64,000 bases of DNA from a virus (Duplodnaviria; Caudoviricetes), in the IMG/VR virus record IMGVR_UViG_3300028591_000075, positions 96,001 through 160,000 of that record, one strand, 5' to 3'. The position numbers and the translations under genes are program-made. The notes beneath the pieces were generated by a model, which was not told the origin of the DNA, ran no database searches, and saw only the letters and a list, made by a program, of their open reading frames with translations. Below are positions 1-9,946 of the stretch, one piece after another. Numbering within the stretch: position 1 is the first letter of the stretch; each line of letters begins with the position of its first letter.

Positions 1-538
1 GCAGGCGGTCATCCGTAGGGATACCGGCTTCCGGCTTACCGATGGCATAGTCGGCAAGCAGATCCATCGGGGTGCAGCCGTCCACGTCCTTCATCATCCA
101 GACTGAACCGGCCTTGGCACCCTCGTTCTCGAACGGGGACTGCAACGACACGAAACCCATATCCTTGTCCAGCAGCTTCTTGATGAAATCGTAGTTTACC
201 TCGTCGGTATATTCGCCGAGGGCTGCCTTTACCAGGCGGTGCAGTACGGTGTCGCCGGAAGAATCGCGGGTCGTGAGATAGAGGGGGTTGAGTTGGAGGA
301 TGGTGTCGAGCATGTTGTCGGCCCACATGTGCAACTGGGTCGTCCATTCGCTCGGGCTGGTCTTGATACGGTAGGCGGCATACTGCATCGGGAACATCAT
401 CAGCGCACGCTTCTGTTCGGGCGTGGCGGTCTTGACTTTTTCATTGAACAGCTTCTGGACACCCTCAATCAGGGCCTCCTGGCCCGGATTCTTGTCCTTC
501 AGACGGTTCAGTTCGATATTTATGCCCCTTTTATCCAT
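1..538 (-). CDS. Ankyrin-repeat-like late protein, truncated at the window edge; not in the ORF track
   Basis: Manual translation from ATG 538: MDKRGINIELNRLKDKNPGQEALIEGVQKLFNE...TRDSSGDTVLHRLVKAA...KDVDGCTPMDLLADYA. The frame is open to base 1. GAGG SD and a TATAAACT box (564-571, - strand) lie upstream. Confidence 0.7.
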   Translation of the reverse strand, partial: MDKRGINIELNRLKDKNPGQEALIEGVQKLFNEKVKTATPEQKRALMMFPMQYAAYRIKTSPSEWTTQLHMWADNMLDTILQLNPLYLTTRDSSGDTVLHRLVKAALGEYTDEVNYDFIKKLLDKDMGFVSLQSPFENEGAKAGSVWMMKDVDGCTPMDLLADYAIGKPEAGIPTDDRL

Positions 539-563
539 GTCAAAACCTCGTTTCTCGCCCGGA

Positions 564-627
564 AGTTTATAACATTTACGCATTTTGGAAGATTTTTGGT
601 CAAAAAAATTTGGCCACGGCATAAACT
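564..627. promoter_or_regulatory. Back-to-back late promoters: TATAAACT on - at 564-571 and CATAAACT on + at 620-627
   Basis: Both match the box recurring upstream of structural genes across the window. Confidence 0.7.
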
Positions 628-660
628 TCACGCAGAAAAATAACAACCGTGAGGTTTTCC

Positions 661-3600
661 ATGGCTACAAAAATGGGGGCACCTGGAGTTCGCATAGAAC
701 TCAAAGACAGTTCTCAGTACACCGTGATCGAGAATCCTAACGCGATTGGCGCTATTGTCGGCTTCGCCCCCAAGGGTGAGCTGAACAAGGTCACCAAGCT
801 GACCAATACCGCCACGATGGACAGGACTTTCGGTATCGGTTTCAACAACTGGAAGTACAACCAGGGCCTGTATGCTGCCCGCGCCGTGCTCGATGCCGGC
901 GGACATGTCCAGTATGTCCGTCCTTATGGCGAAGAAATCGACATGAGCGACTCCCGCAAGCGCGACTTGAAGACCGACTGCTTTGTCGTGACCTTCGACC
1001 GCAAGGCTGCTCAGCAGGAAAAGGGTAAGCAGAATTCGATCAACATCGAATACTTTGCCGCTACCCGGTACAAGTCCGATGGCGCTGCCGGTTACGGCGT
1101 GACCCGTAAGATTAACAATGTGGCCGAGACGGTTGCATCTGGTTCCAATGTGGACTTCAAGGTGTTTGCCGACGAAAGCTTCAAGGACAGCAACAAGTCC
1201 CGTGGTGACGGTGATGCGGTCCTCTTCGCTATCATGGGTGCTGACCCGAGCTCCGCTCGCCGCGCAGTTACTACCTATGACATCGTGGGACAGCCCGATG
1301 ACTTGAAGGACCGTGACCCGGATACGTTCCGTGTTACCCTGGCAGTCAATCCTGGGTTCATTGTTGGCGACGTTGTTTACGGCCCTGCTGACAACAACAC
1401 CAAGACGTTCTGCAAGTTCGTTGTTCAGGGTATTGACGGCAAGGATGTCGATATTACCGCTGCCGATGCGGCTACGCATGAAGCCTGCATGATGGGTTAC
1501 AAGCCCACCACGGTCCTCATGTTCTCCGCAGATGACGCGATTGTCGAAGACGACGCCGACTACCTGACCGTGAAGACGGCTGTGACCGGTCGCGGTGCCA
1601 AGCTCTTCTCCTCTCTCAGGATGGACAGCGACGGCATCAAGGCCCTTACGGAAGTGCCGAACGGCTGGATGTTCGTGGTGAGGGACCAGAGCAACAACTC
1701 TGTGGCAATTCGTATTGCCAACGAGAATTACTCGGTCATCCCTGCGGCTGAAAACCCGTTTGCCAGCGTAACCGATCCGACCCTCCCGATTGAAATCTCC
1801 AAGGAACTCAAAGACAAGTATTTCGTTGGTGTTTGCAACAATGACATCGTAAGCCTCGAATGGGAATATGGTAGCTCCTCTGGATCCGCCCCGGCCATCC
1901 ATACCGGCACATTCCTGTTTGCCGATGTGGTTGACGATGCCGGCGAAGTGACTGGCGCCCGTCTCTATGTGGACGATTCCGCCTGGTTTGCTGATGATGC
2001 GTCCGATCCTACCAAGTTCGGTAACCTTACCGTTCGCAACCTTCCGACCGGCTGGACCAGTGATTACGATTACGTGACGCTGACCGTGCCGACCCGTGGC
2101 GACGAGGAAAGTGACCTCGACTACGCGAGCAGGGTGCGCGATGCAATCCTTGCCGCGTTCCGCAGCAGCCGTCTTGGGTACACCAGCAACGTGATTACCA
2201 ACGACATCGACATGAAGGCCGATGAGTTCAAGGCCGGTGAAACCAAGAAGATCCGCATGACCCAGGGAAGCGCTTTCGACTACAATGTCGGCGACCTCGT
2301 GGCCATCGTTCGCGGTACCCATGCCGATAGCGTTGAAGGTACGGAAGACCCCGAAAAGTTCTCCGGCGCCAACATCCTGAAACTGAGCACGGTTACGGCA
2401 ATCAACGGCTTCACCAACGAAGTGACCATCAAGGATGCGGTTGATGCCGTGTTCATCGATACTGTCATCGCGGACGGTGAATTCAAGTCTGACTATCGCC
2501 AGTTGCAGATGCTGAACCTCTCGAGCACGAACAAGACCGCCTATGCGGCCATGCCCACTCACAGTGTGGAAGTCTACCAGGAATATGTGGTTTCCGTTAG
2601 CGGAACGCCGCGTACCATGGAATTCCTCTCCTCCACCAAGTACGAGAAGGGTGCCAAGGTCAAGGTGGAAATGTCCTATGTCGATGACAAGGGTGTTACC
2701 CAGACCGATTGGCTCATCACGACCATCGATACCCGCGAGGAGGTCGATAACGAATACAAGTATTCGCTCAGCACTACCGCCCCGGTTGACTACGAAGGTG
2801 GTCCAGCTAGGGTATTCAGCGGTGAAGTGAAGACCAACGCGATGGTGGATGTCTATCTCATTGGCAACTATGACGTTACCGTGAACAGCAGCATCCAGAA
2901 GCTCACTCCTCCAGTGGACGAAGAAACGCTTCCTGATGGCGTATTCACCTACCAGCTCGCCAAGAAGGACACTGCGGTTATCATGCAGACCGAAAAGGTG
3001 CTGCGCGATGCCGACATCGGTGCCAACTTCGTGGGTCTCGGTTTGGCCACTGTGCGCTACGAGGACATCAACTTCACTGGTGTCACGGAAAAGGTCTACG
3101 ACCTGACCGATGCCGGCGAATCCGTCGCCCGTCTCTACATGTCCTGCACCTACCGCTTCAACGGCCAGGTCTACAACTTCGACGGTACGGTGGTCGAATA
3201 TGTCCACAATGACACCCAGTTGTTCATTGGTGACACTGCCGACTCCGAGTTCGAAGGTTCGGGCCTCAAATTCATCCTCAACGAATCCGGTATCCTGGAA
3301 TCCTTCCTCGAAGACGAATCTTGGGACCTCTCGGAAACGGTTGTGGACGGTATCCCGACTTCCAGCGTGACTGCGGTCTCGTTCAACCGCGATGACCCGG
3401 CTGTCATCTGGAATGCAATCTGGTCCTATGAACCCAAGAACAACTCCAGCACGACAACGCTCGCCACTGCCTACTCCCTGTTCCTCGACAAGGACAAGGC
3501 TGACCAGACGTTCTTCGTCGCTGCCGGTAACGACATCAACAACTTCGGATGGGCAGGCCGCGAAAGCCTGAACACCACGGTCATCCAGGCCATCTTGAAC

Positions 3601-4383
3601 ATCTGCGAACTCCGTAAGGACTGCTTCGCCCTGTTCGACGGCGTGGCTGAACAGAACATTGACAACGCCTTGAAGAAGGATGTGGTCAGGTTCCCGTCCA
3701 CCCTCGGTCGTTGGGGTGCCATCTATGATGCTCGTCCGCTCTTCTACGATTCGATGATTACCCGTCGTAACGTGGAAATCGCCCCGTCCATCACCATGGC
3801 CTCTCTCATCACGGCCAACCGTTCGGGTGCAATCTTCTGGTATGTGCCTGCCGGTAAGGACACCGGTATCGTGCCTAGCGCATGGTGCACCAGGGTCAAG
3901 TTCGAACGTAAGTTCAACTACCCGGAAGACCCGGATTCCGATATCGCTCGTCTCTGCGATGCGCACGTCAACCCGTTCCGCACCAACGATGACGGTATCT
4001 TCTGCTGGGGCGACTTCACCATGCAGATGGAAGACTCGGCCTTCAACCAGATCCATGTGGCCATGCTCATCGCGGGCATCCACAAGATCTTCTACAAGTA
4101 CCTGGACGGCAAGGTGTTCCGCCTTAACACGGCTGCACTCCGGTCCCAGATTTCCAGTGACTTGCAGGCCAAGTTGAACATGATGCGCGACAGCAACCCG
4201 TCGGCGTTCTACGATGCCATCGCAATCTGCGACGACACCAACAACCCGCCGGAAGTCATCGACCAGAACAAGCTCTATGTTGACTTGAAACTCAAGCCGA
4301 CCAAGAGCACCCGTTACATCTACCTCAGGACAGAGGTCCTTGCGACCAGTTCTGGCAACAGCATCACTATCAGCAACGTATAA
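661..4383 (+). CDS. gp18: Tail sheath protein (T4 gp18-like), about 1240 aa with large insertions
   Basis: N-terminal APGVRIELKD..GAIVGFAPKG; C-terminal sheath motifs ICELRKDCFA, WYVPAG, ICDDTNNPPEVIDQNKLYVDLKLKP; GAGG SD before ATG 661. Confidence 0.93.
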   Translation: MATKMGAPGVRIELKDSSQYTVIENPNAIGAIVGFAPKGELNKVTKLTNTATMDRTFGIGFNNWKYNQGLYAARAVLDAGGHVQYVRPYGEEIDMSDSRKRDLKTDCFVVTFDRKAAQQEKGKQNSINIEYFAATRYKSDGAAGYGVTRKINNVAETVASGSNVDFKVFADESFKDSNKSRGDGDAVLFAIMGADPSSARRAVTTYDIVGQPDDLKDRDPDTFRVTLAVNPGFIVGDVVYGPADNNTKTFCKFVVQGIDGKDVDITAADAATHEACMMGYKPTTVLMFSADDAIVEDDADYLTVKTAVTGRGAKLFSSLRMDSDGIKALTEVPNGWMFVVRDQSNNSVAIRIANENYSVIPAAENPFASVTDPTLPIEISKELKDKYFVGVCNNDIVSLEWEYGSSSGSAPAIHTGTFLFADVVDDAGEVTGARLYVDDSAWFADDASDPTKFGNLTVRNLPTGWTSDYDYVTLTVPTRGDEESDLDYASRVRDAILAAFRSSRLGYTSNVITNDIDMKADEFKAGETKKIRMTQGSAFDYNVGDLVAIVRGTHADSVEGTEDPEKFSGANILKLSTVTAINGFTNEVTIKDAVDAVFIDTVIADGEFKSDYRQLQMLNLSSTNKTAYAAMPTHSVEVYQEYVVSVSGTPRTMEFLSSTKYEKGAKVKVEMSYVDDKGVTQTDWLITTIDTREEVDNEYKYSLSTTAPVDYEGGPARVFSGEVKTNAMVDVYLIGNYDVTVNSSIQKLTPPVDEETLPDGVFTYQLAKKDTAVIMQTEKVLRDADIGANFVGLGLATVRYEDINFTGVTEKVYDLTDAGESVARLYMSCTYRFNGQVYNFDGTVVEYVHNDTQLFIGDTADSEFEGSGLKFILNESGILESFLEDESWDLSETVVDGIPTSSVTAVSFNRDDPAVIWNAIWSYEPKNNSSTTTLATAYSLFLDKDKADQTFFVAAGNDINNFGWAGRESLNTTVIQAILNICELRKDCFALFDGVAEQNIDNALKKDVVRFPSTLGRWGAIYDARPLFYDSMITRRNVEIAPSITMASLITANRSGAIFWYVPAGKDTGIVPSAWCTRVKFERKFNYPEDPDSDIARLCDAHVNPFRTNDDGIFCWGDFTMQMEDSAFNQIHVAMLIAGIHKIFYKYLDGKVFRLNTAALRSQISSDLQAKLNMMRDSNPSAFYDAIAICDDTNNPPEVIDQNKLYVDLKLKPTKSTRYIYLRTEVLATSSGNSITISNV

Positions 4384-4395
4384 GGGAGGTGAACT

Positions 4396-5115
4396 ATGAT
4401 AGGAAAAACTGCTCCTGATATCGACAAGGTCTTTTGGGCCGGCAACATAGACCAACTCCCCGATCCGGTTCGTACCACCCGTTGGCGCTTCATCGTTGAC
4501 CAGGATATCTTCCAGGCAACTGGCATCGACCCTACCAATGGCGACAGCTTTGGTAAGGACTTCGAAAGCCAGAAGAACTTCACGATTCACATCGTGGAAG
4601 GCCCGAAGATTCCTGACCTCCAGACGAAGGACGACAAGATTATGTACATGGGATTTGAGAAATACTATCCCGTGCAGCAGCAACAGCTTGCTGGTACAGT
4701 CGATCTTACCGGTCTTCTGCTGGAAGACGCCAGGGCCTACGAAACGGTGCTTGCCTGGAACCAGTGCTGCCTTAACACGGGTATCCTGAATTCCGACGGC
4801 AAGGGCGATACGAATGCCGGTAGCAACCGTATTGCTGATGGTAAGAATGCTATCGAGCTCGGTCTCGGTCAGCAGGAGAACTACAGCAACCCGACGGCAA
4901 TCCTGCTTCGTAACCAAAACGTTACACTCGAACTCTACGACTGGATGTACGGTGAAGTCATCATGGCCATCCGCTACATCAACGCATGGCCGCAGAAGGT
5001 GTCCGTCCCGGATTCCTTCAACTACACCGATGCGAAACTCGCGAAGTTCAAGTTCACGCTGCGTTACGACCGCTGGAACATCTGGTTCCCAGGTGGCTAC
5101 CACAGCAAGGTCTAA
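4396..5115 (+). CDS. gp19: Tail tube protein (T4 gp19-like)
   Basis: Follows the sheath gene; tube motifs DPVRTTRWRF, LELYD..GE, INAWPQKV, FKFTLRYDRW; GGAGG SD. Confidence 0.88.
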   Translation: MIGKTAPDIDKVFWAGNIDQLPDPVRTTRWRFIVDQDIFQATGIDPTNGDSFGKDFESQKNFTIHIVEGPKIPDLQTKDDKIMYMGFEKYYPVQQQQLAGTVDLTGLLLEDARAYETVLAWNQCCLNTGILNSDGKGDTNAGSNRIADGKNAIELGLGQQENYSNPTAILLRNQNVTLELYDWMYGEVIMAIRYINAWPQKVSVPDSFNYTDAKLAKFKFTLRYDRWNIWFPGGYHSKV

Positions 5116-5136
5116 CGGCCTGATTACTCCTAAAAG

Positions 5137-5158
5137 GGGCCTCTTCGGAGGCCCTTTT
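5137..5158 (+). terminator. Intrinsic terminator
   Basis: GGGCCTC-TTCG-GAGGCCC-TTTT (cUUCGg loop). Confidence 0.85.
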
Positions 5159-5159
5159 C

Positions 5160-5188
5160 TTGCATTTTTACCAAAAATAAGCTATTTT
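5160..5188 (+). promoter_or_regulatory. Sigma70-like promoter
   Basis: TTGCAT-17 nt-TATTTT, with the ATG 6 nt further. Same -35 and spacing as the promoter at 56315-56343. Confidence 0.6.
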
Positions 5189-5194
5189 TATAGT

Positions 5195-5710
5195 ATGATT
5201 TTTACGGACGAAGAAGTAATTGCCGAACTTATTGGCTCCGAGGACCTTAGCCTCAACGAGCAGTTGAAGAATTTGCGCAACTGGCTGCGGAATACCATGA
5301 ATACCATGAAGCCCAAGCCGGATGGTACATGGGAAGTCGATCCGCAGACGGTATATTACAACGCGGCATACTGCATGGCCGAAGCCGGCACCAAGATAGG
5401 CATGATTGCCATGCGTAACCGTATGCGTCTGAATGACATGAAGAAGGAATATGCCATTCACAAGAAGGAAGCCCTTGACAAGTTGCACCATGACCGTTCC
5501 CGCGGTTGGTCTCCGAATGACAAGGAAAAGGAAGTCCTGGTGAATGGCGATGTCAACCTTGCCGAGGAAAAGATGATGATTGACAACCAGGAGGACTTTA
5601 TCCAGTTTCTGGCTGAACAGCAGGAGCAAATCCGCTACTACGCCCGCAACGCGGATGTGTTGGTGAAGGTCCATAACTTTGGACAGGAAATCGGAAAGAT
5701 TATAGTCTAG
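5195..5710 (+). CDS. UvsY-like recombination mediator
   Basis: Helical protein; the C-terminal KEVLVNGDVNLAEEKMMIDNQEDFIQFL...IRYYARNADVLVKVHNF resembles the T4 UvsY pattern. Start moved to ATG 5195. Confidence 0.55.
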   Translation: MIFTDEEVIAELIGSEDLSLNEQLKNLRNWLRNTMNTMKPKPDGTWEVDPQTVYYNAAYCMAEAGTKIGMIAMRNRMRLNDMKKEYAIHKKEALDKLHHDRSRGWSPNDKEKEVLVNGDVNLAEEKMMIDNQEDFIQFLAEQQEQIRYYARNADVLVKVHNFGQEIGKIIV

Positions 5711-5718
5711 GAGGTATC

Positions 5719-6162
5719 ATGAAAGTTTCGCTGAAATCATACAATGACCTCGGCAAGTGCGCGTATGCCACTCTCATGGATGAGTTCGATTCCGAGAAGG
5801 ACGAAATCCGTCTTGATGGGAAGAAGGTCGAGATTAACACTATTGACGATTTGTTCCAGTTCCTGTGGAACATACCGGGCATTGCTTCCCATGACAATGT
5901 GAAGCATACCTCGGTATCGGATTTCTACTCTACCGGCACCTGGTGGGAACACCGGTACGGCGAGTCGATTGAGAATGGAAAGCAGGAAATCAGCAAGCTG
6001 GAAAAGCGCCTGAAAAGGGCTGCCGACTCGCGAAAGCCGAAGATCCTGCAACAGATTGAGAGTGAACGGGAACATATCGAATCGCTGGAACGCATCATCA
6101 AGCGTCTCAACGAGGAAATGGAAGAACGTAAGGAGATGATTCGCCATGACAACGGATTGTAA
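5719..6162 (+). CDS. Hypothetical protein with C-terminal coiled coil
   Basis: GGAGG SD, phage-like codon usage. Confidence 0.7.
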   Translation: MKVSLKSYNDLGKCAYATLMDEFDSEKDEIRLDGKKVEINTIDDLFQFLWNIPGIASHDNVKHTSVSDFYSTGTWWEHRYGESIENGKQEISKLEKRLKRAADSRKPKILQQIESEREHIESLERIIKRLNEEMEERKEMIRHDNGL

Positions 6163-6415
6163 CATTGTATTGGAAACACCTGTTCCTCATGCCGATGAAC
6201 GCACGCACGTTCTCGCGGGAGAACCGCTGGTCGGGGACAAGAAGGTCCTCACCGAAGTTATCAACGAGGAATCCGAGCTCGCAAAGAAATGCGGGGGTGG
6301 TGTCAATTTTGAGAAATGGCACCCGGAGCCCGTCGATACCCCAAATTGTGACGGCATCCCCATCACGCCAAGCAAGCGCGTGGATATTCCCGCTGATAAA
6401 GGAATTTTTGGATGA
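6146..6415 (+). CDS. Hypothetical protein
   Basis: Fills the operon; AAGGAG upstream; ATGA overlap with the next gene. Confidence 0.55.
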   Translation: MTTDCNIVLETPVPHADERTHVLAGEPLVGDKKVLTEVINEESELAKKCGGGVNFEKWHPEPVDTPNCDGIPITPSKRVDIPADKGIFG

Positions 6416-7218
6416 GCCAGTTTGTAGGTGCAGAACCGCTTGACTCGGGTGATGATTTGTTCGACATGGACGTGAACTTTGCCGCTAAACCGGCAGAGCC
6501 CGAACCGGAACGCGAACAGACCCCGGAGGAGCACAAGGAAGAACTCCGAGAGGAGATGAAGAGCAATGCCTTCGCCGCAATCGAGGACAAGCTGGGTCTT
6601 CCCATCGGCAGCACGAAGGAAGGCATCAAGGCTGCCAAGGAAACGACCAAGGCGGTTACCCAGTCCGTACAGGACTTGAAGGGCCAGTATTCCATCATCG
6701 AGACCAAGGAGAAGTTGAACGAGACACTTCCGGTGCCCCGGTACAATATCGAGACTTTGGCCGATGACCGTAACAGGCTCCGTGAACTCGCGTTCCAGAA
6801 CCTGGAAATCGCCAACCGGTGGCTCACGACCCTCGACGAGCAGATTATGCAGACCTTGCAGCCCACCGACCAGAACTGGGCGGCTGCAGCCAACATGTAC
6901 AAGACCGTTTCCAAGGGTATCACCGACCTGACTCACATGCTCGTCACTCTGCGCCAGGAAGATGAACTCATGAAACTGCAACTTTCGTCCAACAATGCAG
7001 CCGGTACCACCGGTGCCAAGTCGGATGAGCCGGTTGATCCGAATGACCCGCTTGGAAGCACCAAGGGGCGCCCGATGACCCCGCAGGAGGTTATCGCCCT
7101 TGTCCGCGAATGGGGCAAGGAACGGGATGCCGAGACGGAACAGCTCATAAACGATGAGGCCGAGGCAAGACAGCGCGGACTGGTCACCTCACCGCCCGGA
7201 GATGCCAAACCCGAATAA
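6412..7218 (+). CDS. Possible terminase small subunit (T4 gp16-like)
   Basis: Helical core RNRLRELAFQNLEIANRWL...PTDQNWAAAANMYKTVSKGITDL resembles the gp16 two-helix oligomerisation region. Weak. Confidence 0.4.
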   Translation: MSQFVGAEPLDSGDDLFDMDVNFAAKPAEPEPEREQTPEEHKEELREEMKSNAFAAIEDKLGLPIGSTKEGIKAAKETTKAVTQSVQDLKGQYSIIETKEKLNETLPVPRYNIETLADDRNRLRELAFQNLEIANRWLTTLDEQIMQTLQPTDQNWAAAANMYKTVSKGITDLTHMLVTLRQEDELMKLQLSSNNAAGTTGAKSDEPVDPNDPLGSTKGRPMTPQEVIALVREWGKERDAETEQLINDEAEARQRGLVTSPPGDAKPE

Positions 7219-7251
7219 AATTGCTATATTCCTCGCGAGAGGAATTTTTTT

Positions 7252-8367
7252 ATGTCCAAAATCGCAATTATCGGTGACATCCACCTTTCCCCCAAGTGCG
7301 ACATCACGTCCATCAGGAACCATGTGGTTGCCGCGCAGAAGAAGTACCTCGATGGCCTGGCGCCCAAGCTGGAAGCCGCCGGGGTCGATACGATCCTGTT
7401 CGCAGGCGACATTTTCAGCGTCCGCACCTTCATTACGGTGGAAGCGCTGAACTATGCCATGGAGCTGTTCGGCAAGACCCTGGCCAAGTTCGACATCCAT
7501 ATCGTCGCCGGTAACCATGACTGCCTTTACGACAATACCAACTACGTGTCCAGTATCCGTTACCTGGGCCTCCTGCCCAATGTCCATGTCTACATTGACG
7601 ACATCGAGACCATCGAACTCCACGGGATGAAGTTCCACATGGTGCCTTGGGTCACTCCGACCGCCATGCCCGGTTTCAACGAATGGCTGGCCAAGATGGC
7701 CAAGAAGCCGAAGGCCGAAAGGGACAAGACTGTCATCCTGGGCCATTTCGACATGATGGGTGTCCTCATGGATGCCGGCCAGATTTCCGAAGCCGGCCTG
7801 GAACCTGAGAAGTTCATGAAGGCTGCCAAGTACACGTTCAGTGGCCACTATCACTGCCGTTCCGACCATGAGAACCGTGGCAACAGGGTCGTCTACTTGG
7901 GTACCCCGTTCCAGTTGACCTTTGCCCATGTCGATACCGACTGCGGCATCTACCTGTTCGACGACGAAATGAACCTCGAATTCATTGAGAATACCGAGTC
8001 GCCGAGGTTCATGGACTGCGATGACGAGCACCTAGATGGCCTCGGCGACATCAGCAACTACTTCGTACGCTACATGGCCAGGACCGGTCGAAATGCCGAC
8101 GAGAGCTCGGAATTGAAGAAGAAACTCGAATCCTACGGCCCCCTCTACATCAAGATGGTGCCCTATGGCGGGGAGGCCGGTACCCTGGACGATGCCAAGG
8201 CTGTCGATGACGAGGAAGCCAAGAAAATCATGGAGAGCGACACAATCGGCCTGGCTACCATGTACATGGACAAATATGCCGATTTGCTCCCCCAGTTCGA
8301 GGATGGGACCGATTCCAGGGAAAAAATTATCGGGCTTTTGAAAAAATATGTCGATAGAGTGGGATAA
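7252..8367 (+). CDS. gp47: Recombination endonuclease subunit (T4 gp47 / SbcD-Mre11 metallophosphoesterase)
   Basis: Motifs GDIH, AGDIF, AGNHD, GHF, SGHYH, YLGTPFQLT. Confidence 0.92.
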   Translation: MSKIAIIGDIHLSPKCDITSIRNHVVAAQKKYLDGLAPKLEAAGVDTILFAGDIFSVRTFITVEALNYAMELFGKTLAKFDIHIVAGNHDCLYDNTNYVSSIRYLGLLPNVHVYIDDIETIELHGMKFHMVPWVTPTAMPGFNEWLAKMAKKPKAERDKTVILGHFDMMGVLMDAGQISEAGLEPEKFMKAAKYTFSGHYHCRSDHENRGNRVVYLGTPFQLTFAHVDTDCGIYLFDDEMNLEFIENTESPRFMDCDDEHLDGLGDISNYFVRYMARTGRNADESSELKKKLESYGPLYIKMVPYGGEAGTLDDAKAVDDEEAKKIMESDTIGLATMYMDKYADLLPQFEDGTDSREKIIGLLKKYVDRVG

Positions 8368-8427
8368 ATTCTCCACATTTCTTGAAAACAGATATAGTTT
8401 CCTCACCAAAGAGGAAACTTTTTCATT

Positions 8428-9942
8428 ATGACCGATTTCAAGAAACTCATTGAGGACGGCATTGCCGCCAACCTGGCCAACAAGCCTAAGTTCAACATCC
8501 TGTATGTGGGCGACGAAAGCTCCCGCCTCGCATATTGCCGTGGCATCACTGCCATGCAGGAGTTCAAGCACTTCTATGGCAACCTTGCCGACATCTCGCT
8601 GACGATTATCGACAGCAAGACCTTCAACAGGGCATGTCCGGATCTCACCTTCTACAACATCCTCTGGATTGACAACATATCCAACCGTACCTTCATGGCT
8701 GCTCTTGAAGAAAAGGTGAATGCTGTCATGGACAAGCTCGCACCGGACTGGCGCAAGGATGCTGAACAGATTAAGAAGGATTCCGAAGCCGACCGCAAGG
8801 CCTACGAAGACTTCCAGGCGGAAGTTGACGCCAAGGTCGCTGAACTCGGCGACAATGAAGAAGAAATCAACAAGTATCTCGAAAGCGTCCAGGAAAAACT
8901 GGATGGCTTGAAGGAAAAAGGCACCGTCTACGAACAGTACGTTGCCGATGCCAACGAATACCGCGCCATGACGCTCCGCGTCGTGTATGCCCTTGACGAA
9001 TTCGTGTGGGAAGCTCCTGCCGGCCGCCAGCGCACCATCGTTGATGCGATGACCGTCCAGGAAACAATGCAGATGGCTGACGAAGTGATTGTTCCGAACA
9101 GCGAACTCGCCGGTGCAATCAAGGATCTCGGCCTCGTTTCCGAATACACCGACGTTCTCGTCATCCCGACGTTCATGAACGAATACTTCTACCCGATTAA
9201 CCGCATCACCAATCGCATGGCCTCGTTGAGCACGATGATCAACAAGCCGAAGATTTTGGTGAAGGGTACCTGCATTCCGAAGAATGTCCAGAACTTCATC
9301 ATCCACGGCTACGACAAGTACGACATCACCATCTGCACCGTTGGTGAACTTGACGACCGTCTCATGAAGCTCCTTACCACGGCCAAGGATCCGAAGCATC
9401 CTGAAAAGGGTGCATGCGTGCGCAACATGATTCACTGGGCCAACCCCTACGTGAACCCGCGCAACATGCAGAAGACCATCGCCATCGAACGTGACGCAGC
9501 CTTCGACTTCACCATCCTTACCGGTCCGGATGATTTCAGTGATGACATCTACAACATCACCATGACCGATACCGATGCGCTCATCGCAGTCGCTTCCGGT
9601 TCCGTGGCCATCGCCTGCATCGACGATGCCGGCTTCCGCAAGGGAACCCATATCTGCCTTGACACCGGACTTACCTTCGGCAAGGACACCAAGGTGGACG
9701 ACATCAAGGGCATGCTCATCAAGTGGTCCATCTGTTCCAACTGGGACACCGCTTATGAAAAGCAGAAGCAGTACCTCATCGGTCGCCGCTTGGTCAGCGC
9801 ACCTAACGTGATGGGTGGCTTCTTCAACGCCATGCTTGGTCGTAAGTTCTCTCTCGCCCGTAAGGAAAAGTTCGGTGATGGTGAAACGAAGCCGGAAACC
9901 GAAACGACCGAAACTGTCGAAGAGAAGAAGGACGGAGAATAA
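8428..9942 (+). CDS. GT-B glycosyltransferase-like protein (divergent) with a coiled-coil insertion
   Basis: LAYCRG, VVYALDEFVW, MQMADEVIVPNSEL and VIPTFM resemble phage GT4-like proteins. Confidence 0.45.
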   Translation: MTDFKKLIEDGIAANLANKPKFNILYVGDESSRLAYCRGITAMQEFKHFYGNLADISLTIIDSKTFNRACPDLTFYNILWIDNISNRTFMAALEEKVNAVMDKLAPDWRKDAEQIKKDSEADRKAYEDFQAEVDAKVAELGDNEEEINKYLESVQEKLDGLKEKGTVYEQYVADANEYRAMTLRVVYALDEFVWEAPAGRQRTIVDAMTVQETMQMADEVIVPNSELAGAIKDLGLVSEYTDVLVIPTFMNEYFYPINRITNRMASLSTMINKPKILVKGTCIPKNVQNFIIHGYDKYDITICTVGELDDRLMKLLTTAKDPKHPEKGACVRNMIHWANPYVNPRNMQKTIAIERDAAFDFTILTGPDDFSDDIYNITMTDTDALIAVASGSVAIACIDDAGFRKGTHICLDTGLTFGKDTKVDDIKGMLIKWSICSNWDTAYEKQKQYLIGRRLVSAPNVMGGFFNAMLGRKFSLARKEKFGDGETKPETETTETVEEKKDGE

Positions 9943-9946
9943 GACG

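Noticed and set aside
628-5103. 1491-aa minus-strand ORF, and similar long antisense ORFs (8032-10005, 18414-20078, 34942-36621, 61946-63163)
   Set aside because: Antisense shadows of strongly codon-biased real genes, which have few TTA/CTA/TCA codons. They have no SD, promoter or recognisable motifs.
4814-5194. N-terminal extensions given by the ORF track (also 46010, 56167, 29640, 39744, 52117, 37710, 21576)
   Set aside because: They cross terminators, promoters or upstream genes. Downstream ATGs fit the SD or promoter geometry better.
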